NCBI GenBank assembly: GCA_950097015.1
Contig: CATNEN010000029.1
Span: 6,386,001 to 6,450,000 of the forward strand
DNA length: 64,000 nt
Reading direction: 5' to 3'
Origin: Macrostomum hystrix
Taxonomy: Eukaryota; Animalia; Platyhelminthes
Shown: positions 60,471 to 64,000 of the stretch, piece by piece
Numbering within the stretch: the stretch's first letter is position 1
How the letters are laid out: each line of letters opens with the position of its first letter
The notes under the pieces: generated by a model
Databases searched by the model: none
The model's input: only the letters and a program-made list of their open reading frames with translations
What the model was told of the DNA's origin: nothing
Translations under genes and position numbers: made by a program

Positions 60471-62240
60471 ACAATAAGGACAGGCGCAGTTACTAAGCGA
60501 AGACAAGTTTGTGCGAGTCTGGGTTTTCGGGGACTTGGCTGTGTGTTTGGTCTCTAGCTAGCTCAGCTGGCCCATTGTGCCCGCCATCCCGTTCTCTGTG
60601 TTAGGCTGGCCGCGGCAGAAAATGCATCCGCATCAAAATTATAAACAAAAAAATGCAGCCATTGTTTTTTCCTGACGCATTGCCTAGGCTTTGACTATAG
60701 CTGCTGTTATAGAGGCGGTTGTTGACAGAACAAAAGAATTAACAGGACTAGAGTTGTCAGTGTAATGCACGGATGAGTGGATCATTGTGATGTGGTGCTG
60801 TTTTAACAGTGTACGCTAAAGAGCTACAATCAATAAATGTACAGTGGTTTTGAAAAGCCGGTCCTGCGCGGAGGGTTCTTGCCCCCCCCCTGACAAGCTT
60901 TCTTAAAGGACCTCAAGAGCTAGACGTTAGTCACATTTGTGTTTTAATTTCGCTTCACTTCCGAAAGCTCTTTTGGGGGGTACGTAGGGTTTTGGCTTGG
61001 AAGTGCTTGTGCGTGTGTGGCAAGCAGGGGAAGGAGAGAGGTGACAGATAAGAGATAAGGCTGTACAATGCGAGACCCCGTCCTTCGACAACCACCCCGC
61101 TGTTTCCTACCTCAAACCAGCCCAAGCAAGCAGCAGTTTAGCAAGCCTTTCGAGCAGGACTGGCCTCTTGCTTTATGGCTTCGAAGCTATAATAACGATA
61201 TGAGAAATGGAGGCCAACTTTTGACGATCGGCTCAGCTTATCAGAGCAGTGAACCAACCGCCCCCCCTGCGGATGCAACTTGACCTACCTGAACTCGACT
61301 ATTTCTTGCGCAAACAATTGCGAAGGCTTCAAAGTTTCACTTTCACTTTTGACTGCGTTGCTCTGGTTTCGTTCGTCTTTGAAGAGATCAGCCGTCTGTT
61401 GAGTGTAAGGGTCCATTTTCTAATGACATTTTACTAGTAAATTATCTATTAGTTATTAAAATTCGAAAGCTAGCAATGCTTTGATGGGACCTGTTCAAGG
61501 CGAAACATAGATGTGTACTAAATTTTACCAACTAACAGTATGTACGCAGAATTCTCCCGATAGGCTATCAAGAGCCTTGTCGATAATGTACTAGCAACTA
61601 GCAAGTCGTACAGTTTCTATGCAGCTAAATTGAACTGTCTTTTAGTAAACAATTTTGGAAAAATTAGAAAAACTTTTGTACCCAAATTTTCGAACGTTTT
61701 TTATGACTATACCACCGTCCCTACACCTGCTTCAGATGACACTATTTCCTTTTAAAAGAGTGTTCAGTATTTCGTCATCTGAAAATCGCTCCTCTGTTAA
61801 GTTGCCTACTCCCTTGTCCATGCCTCAGAAGTCTATCTTACCAGCGGATTCCAAATTCAGCAATCTATCTAAGCTTGCGTACAATGTATTGCGAACACTC
61901 ATCAGTTCTGCTTGGCTAGTTTGCTATTCTTTGCATAGCACTTATGCGATGCTGACCAAACTACTAACTGCATGCATACAGAATGTATCGTGAGCTTTTT
62001 GACTACCACTTATGCGCCAATATCGATTTTAGATTGTTCCTCCCCATCTACAAGCATATATTAGTCGCTTTCGTGGGTTTTTCAATCATCCTGGCTAGTG
62101 AGCGTAGGAGCTAGATTTTTGTATTAAATTAAAAGGCAAAGGTCCCGTCTTGTCATTCAAATTTAAACATCTACGTTCTGCAGGTTGCAGGATAAGTCCT
62201 AACGAAAAAGTATTCAAATCCGATTGCCTGGATACTGTTG

Positions 62241-64000
62241 ATGGCGGCAGACTTTGCCGACGATGGCAGCGGGTTCTCCTTATCACCGTTTTTCGACGAT
62301 TCTATCAGCGAAGATATATTTGCCGAATTAAATGGATTCCAACTAAATGATCTGGAAAGCGGGCCCGAGCAACAACTGAACAAGCTGCAGCTTCACGAAC
62401 CCCACCAGGAGCATGAGCAACATCAGCAACTGCTGTATCAACCGCAGCAGCATCATCAACACCATCAGGAACCTCAGAATCTGCAGCAGCTTGAGCATCA
62501 GCAGCATCATCAACACCATCAGGAACCTCAGAATCTGCAGCGGCTTGAGCATCAGCAGCATCATCAACACCATCAGGAACCTCAGAATCTGCAGCAGCTT
62601 GAGCATCAGCAGCATCATCAACACCATCAGGAACCTCAGAATCTGCAGCAGCTTGAGCATCAGCAGCATCATCAACACCATCAGGAACCTCAGAATCTGC
62701 AGCAGCTTGAGCATCAGCAGCATCATCAACACCATCAGGAACCTCAGAATCTGCAGCAGCTTGAGCATCAGCAGCAGGAGCAGCTTCAGCGGTTGATAAT
62801 GCCACCGCCGCCTCCTCCACCTCCACTTGCACAGTCATCTCAAAGGCTACAAAAAATTAATCAGCCGCAACAACTGCAACAACGGCGCTTACAAATACAG
62901 CAGCAGCAACAGCCCCTGCAACACATGCAGCAGCAGCAAAAGCCCCTGCAGCACATTCAGCAGCAGCAACAGCCCCTGCAGCACATTCAGCAGCAGCAAC
63001 AGCCCCTGCAGCACATTCAGCAGCAGCAACAGCCCCTGCAACACATTCAGCAGCAGCAAAGCAAGATTCAACAGCAGCAGCTGATCCCGTCAATGCAACA
63101 ACAGCAGCAGCAACGGCCTGTGCAACAACAGCAGCATCAGCAGCATCAAGCACTTCAACCGCAGCAGCAGCAGCAGCAGCAACGTCCATTTCAAACGCAA
63201 CAGCAGCAGTGGCCACTTCAGCAACAGCAGCATCAGGAGCAACAAGCACTTCAACCGCAACAGCAGCAGCAGCAGCATCAGCAGCAACAAGCACGTCAAC
63301 CGCAGCAGCAGCAGTGGGCACTTCAACAACAGCAGCATCAGCAGCAACAAGCACTTCAACCGCAGCAGCAGCAGCAGCAACGTCCCCTTCAACCACAGCA
63401 GCAGCAGCTGCAGCGGGCACTTCAAACGCAGCTGCAGCAGCAGCAGCGGCCACTTCAACCGCAACAGCAGCAGCAGCAACGTCCGCTTCAACCGCAACAG
63501 CAGCAGCAGCAACGTCCGCTTCAACTGCATCAGCAGCAGCAGCAGCGGTTACTTCAACTGCATCAGCAGCAGCAGCAACTGCCATTTCAACCGCAACAGC
63601 AGCAGCAGCTATCAAACAGACAGGCCCATAGTTTCGAGCGAGCACTACGCACAGCCAGTGCAATTCAGCTCCCAGTGCATACAATGGCCTGTGAGTGAAC
63701 ATCATGGAACTTTGCCACTCATTTAAATTTATCAACCAAGAAGCAAAAGCTAGGACTTAGGGCACCAGATACTTCCTTCGCTTGTTTCTCCGGTTTTCTG
63801 TTTATTTTTTCAAAGGTACGAGCTTGTCATTTGATAATTACGAGAATTACAACTCACTGAGGTATTCATTTAACTTAATGCGATGCAGCCTGGAGCGATC
63901 AGCAGAAGCTGAGGTGGACGAAGACCATGCTGACACGGCACCTGCCGCAGCCAATTTCGCAGAGGCTGAAGGAGCAGCTGAAGCAGCTGAATCAGGAGTT
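62241..64000 (+). CDS. 5' part of a gene for a Gln/His-rich low-complexity protein of unknown function; exons 62241-63690 and 63889->64000
   Basis: The ORF has unique N- and C-terminal flanks. Donor T|GTGAGT at 63690 and acceptor ..gatgcag| at 63888 join in phase to an open frame (SWSDQQKLRWTKTMLTRHLPQPISQRLKEQLKQLNQE). Confidence 0.75.

Noticed and set aside
62305-63735. Minus-strand Ala/Val- and Leu-rich ORFs
   Set aside because: Antisense shadows of CAG/CAA-rich coding sequence. Splice signals support the plus strand.

Overview
Eukaryotic (animal) genomic DNA with GC-rich exons and AT-rich, repeat-laden introns. The style suggests a flatworm such as Macrostomum, but that is an inference. 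From left to right the window holds: (1) a doublecortin-domain gene (minus strand); (2) a complete 10-exon proline dehydrogenase gene (minus, 607 aa when spliced by hand); (3) a 641-bp solo LTR; (4) a tandem array of three GABA-B-like class C GPCR genes (minus; two reconstruct as 13-exon, 741-aa ORFs, the middle one is a pseudogene) plus a possible relic terminal exon; (5) the 5' end of a Gln/His-rich gene (plus). The middle receptor copy carries a 10.2-kb LTR element with apparently identical 2.34-kb LTRs, a 4-bp TSD and a tRNA-Leu-like PBS. It encodes only Gag and a protease, joined by a canonical -1 frameshift signal. No RT, RNase H or integrase is recognisable; duplicated hairpin modules occupy that space. 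Three tRNA-derived SINE families (one CORE-type), a decayed LINE fragment and about 11 minisatellite arrays (about 15% of the window) fill the rest. The main oddities are the gag-pro-only LTR element, patchwork near-identity of exons 3, 6, 9 and 12 among otherwise diverged receptor paralogs, and a SINE insertion whose TSD duplicates a splice acceptor. All alignments, exon boundaries and difference counts were done by eye.
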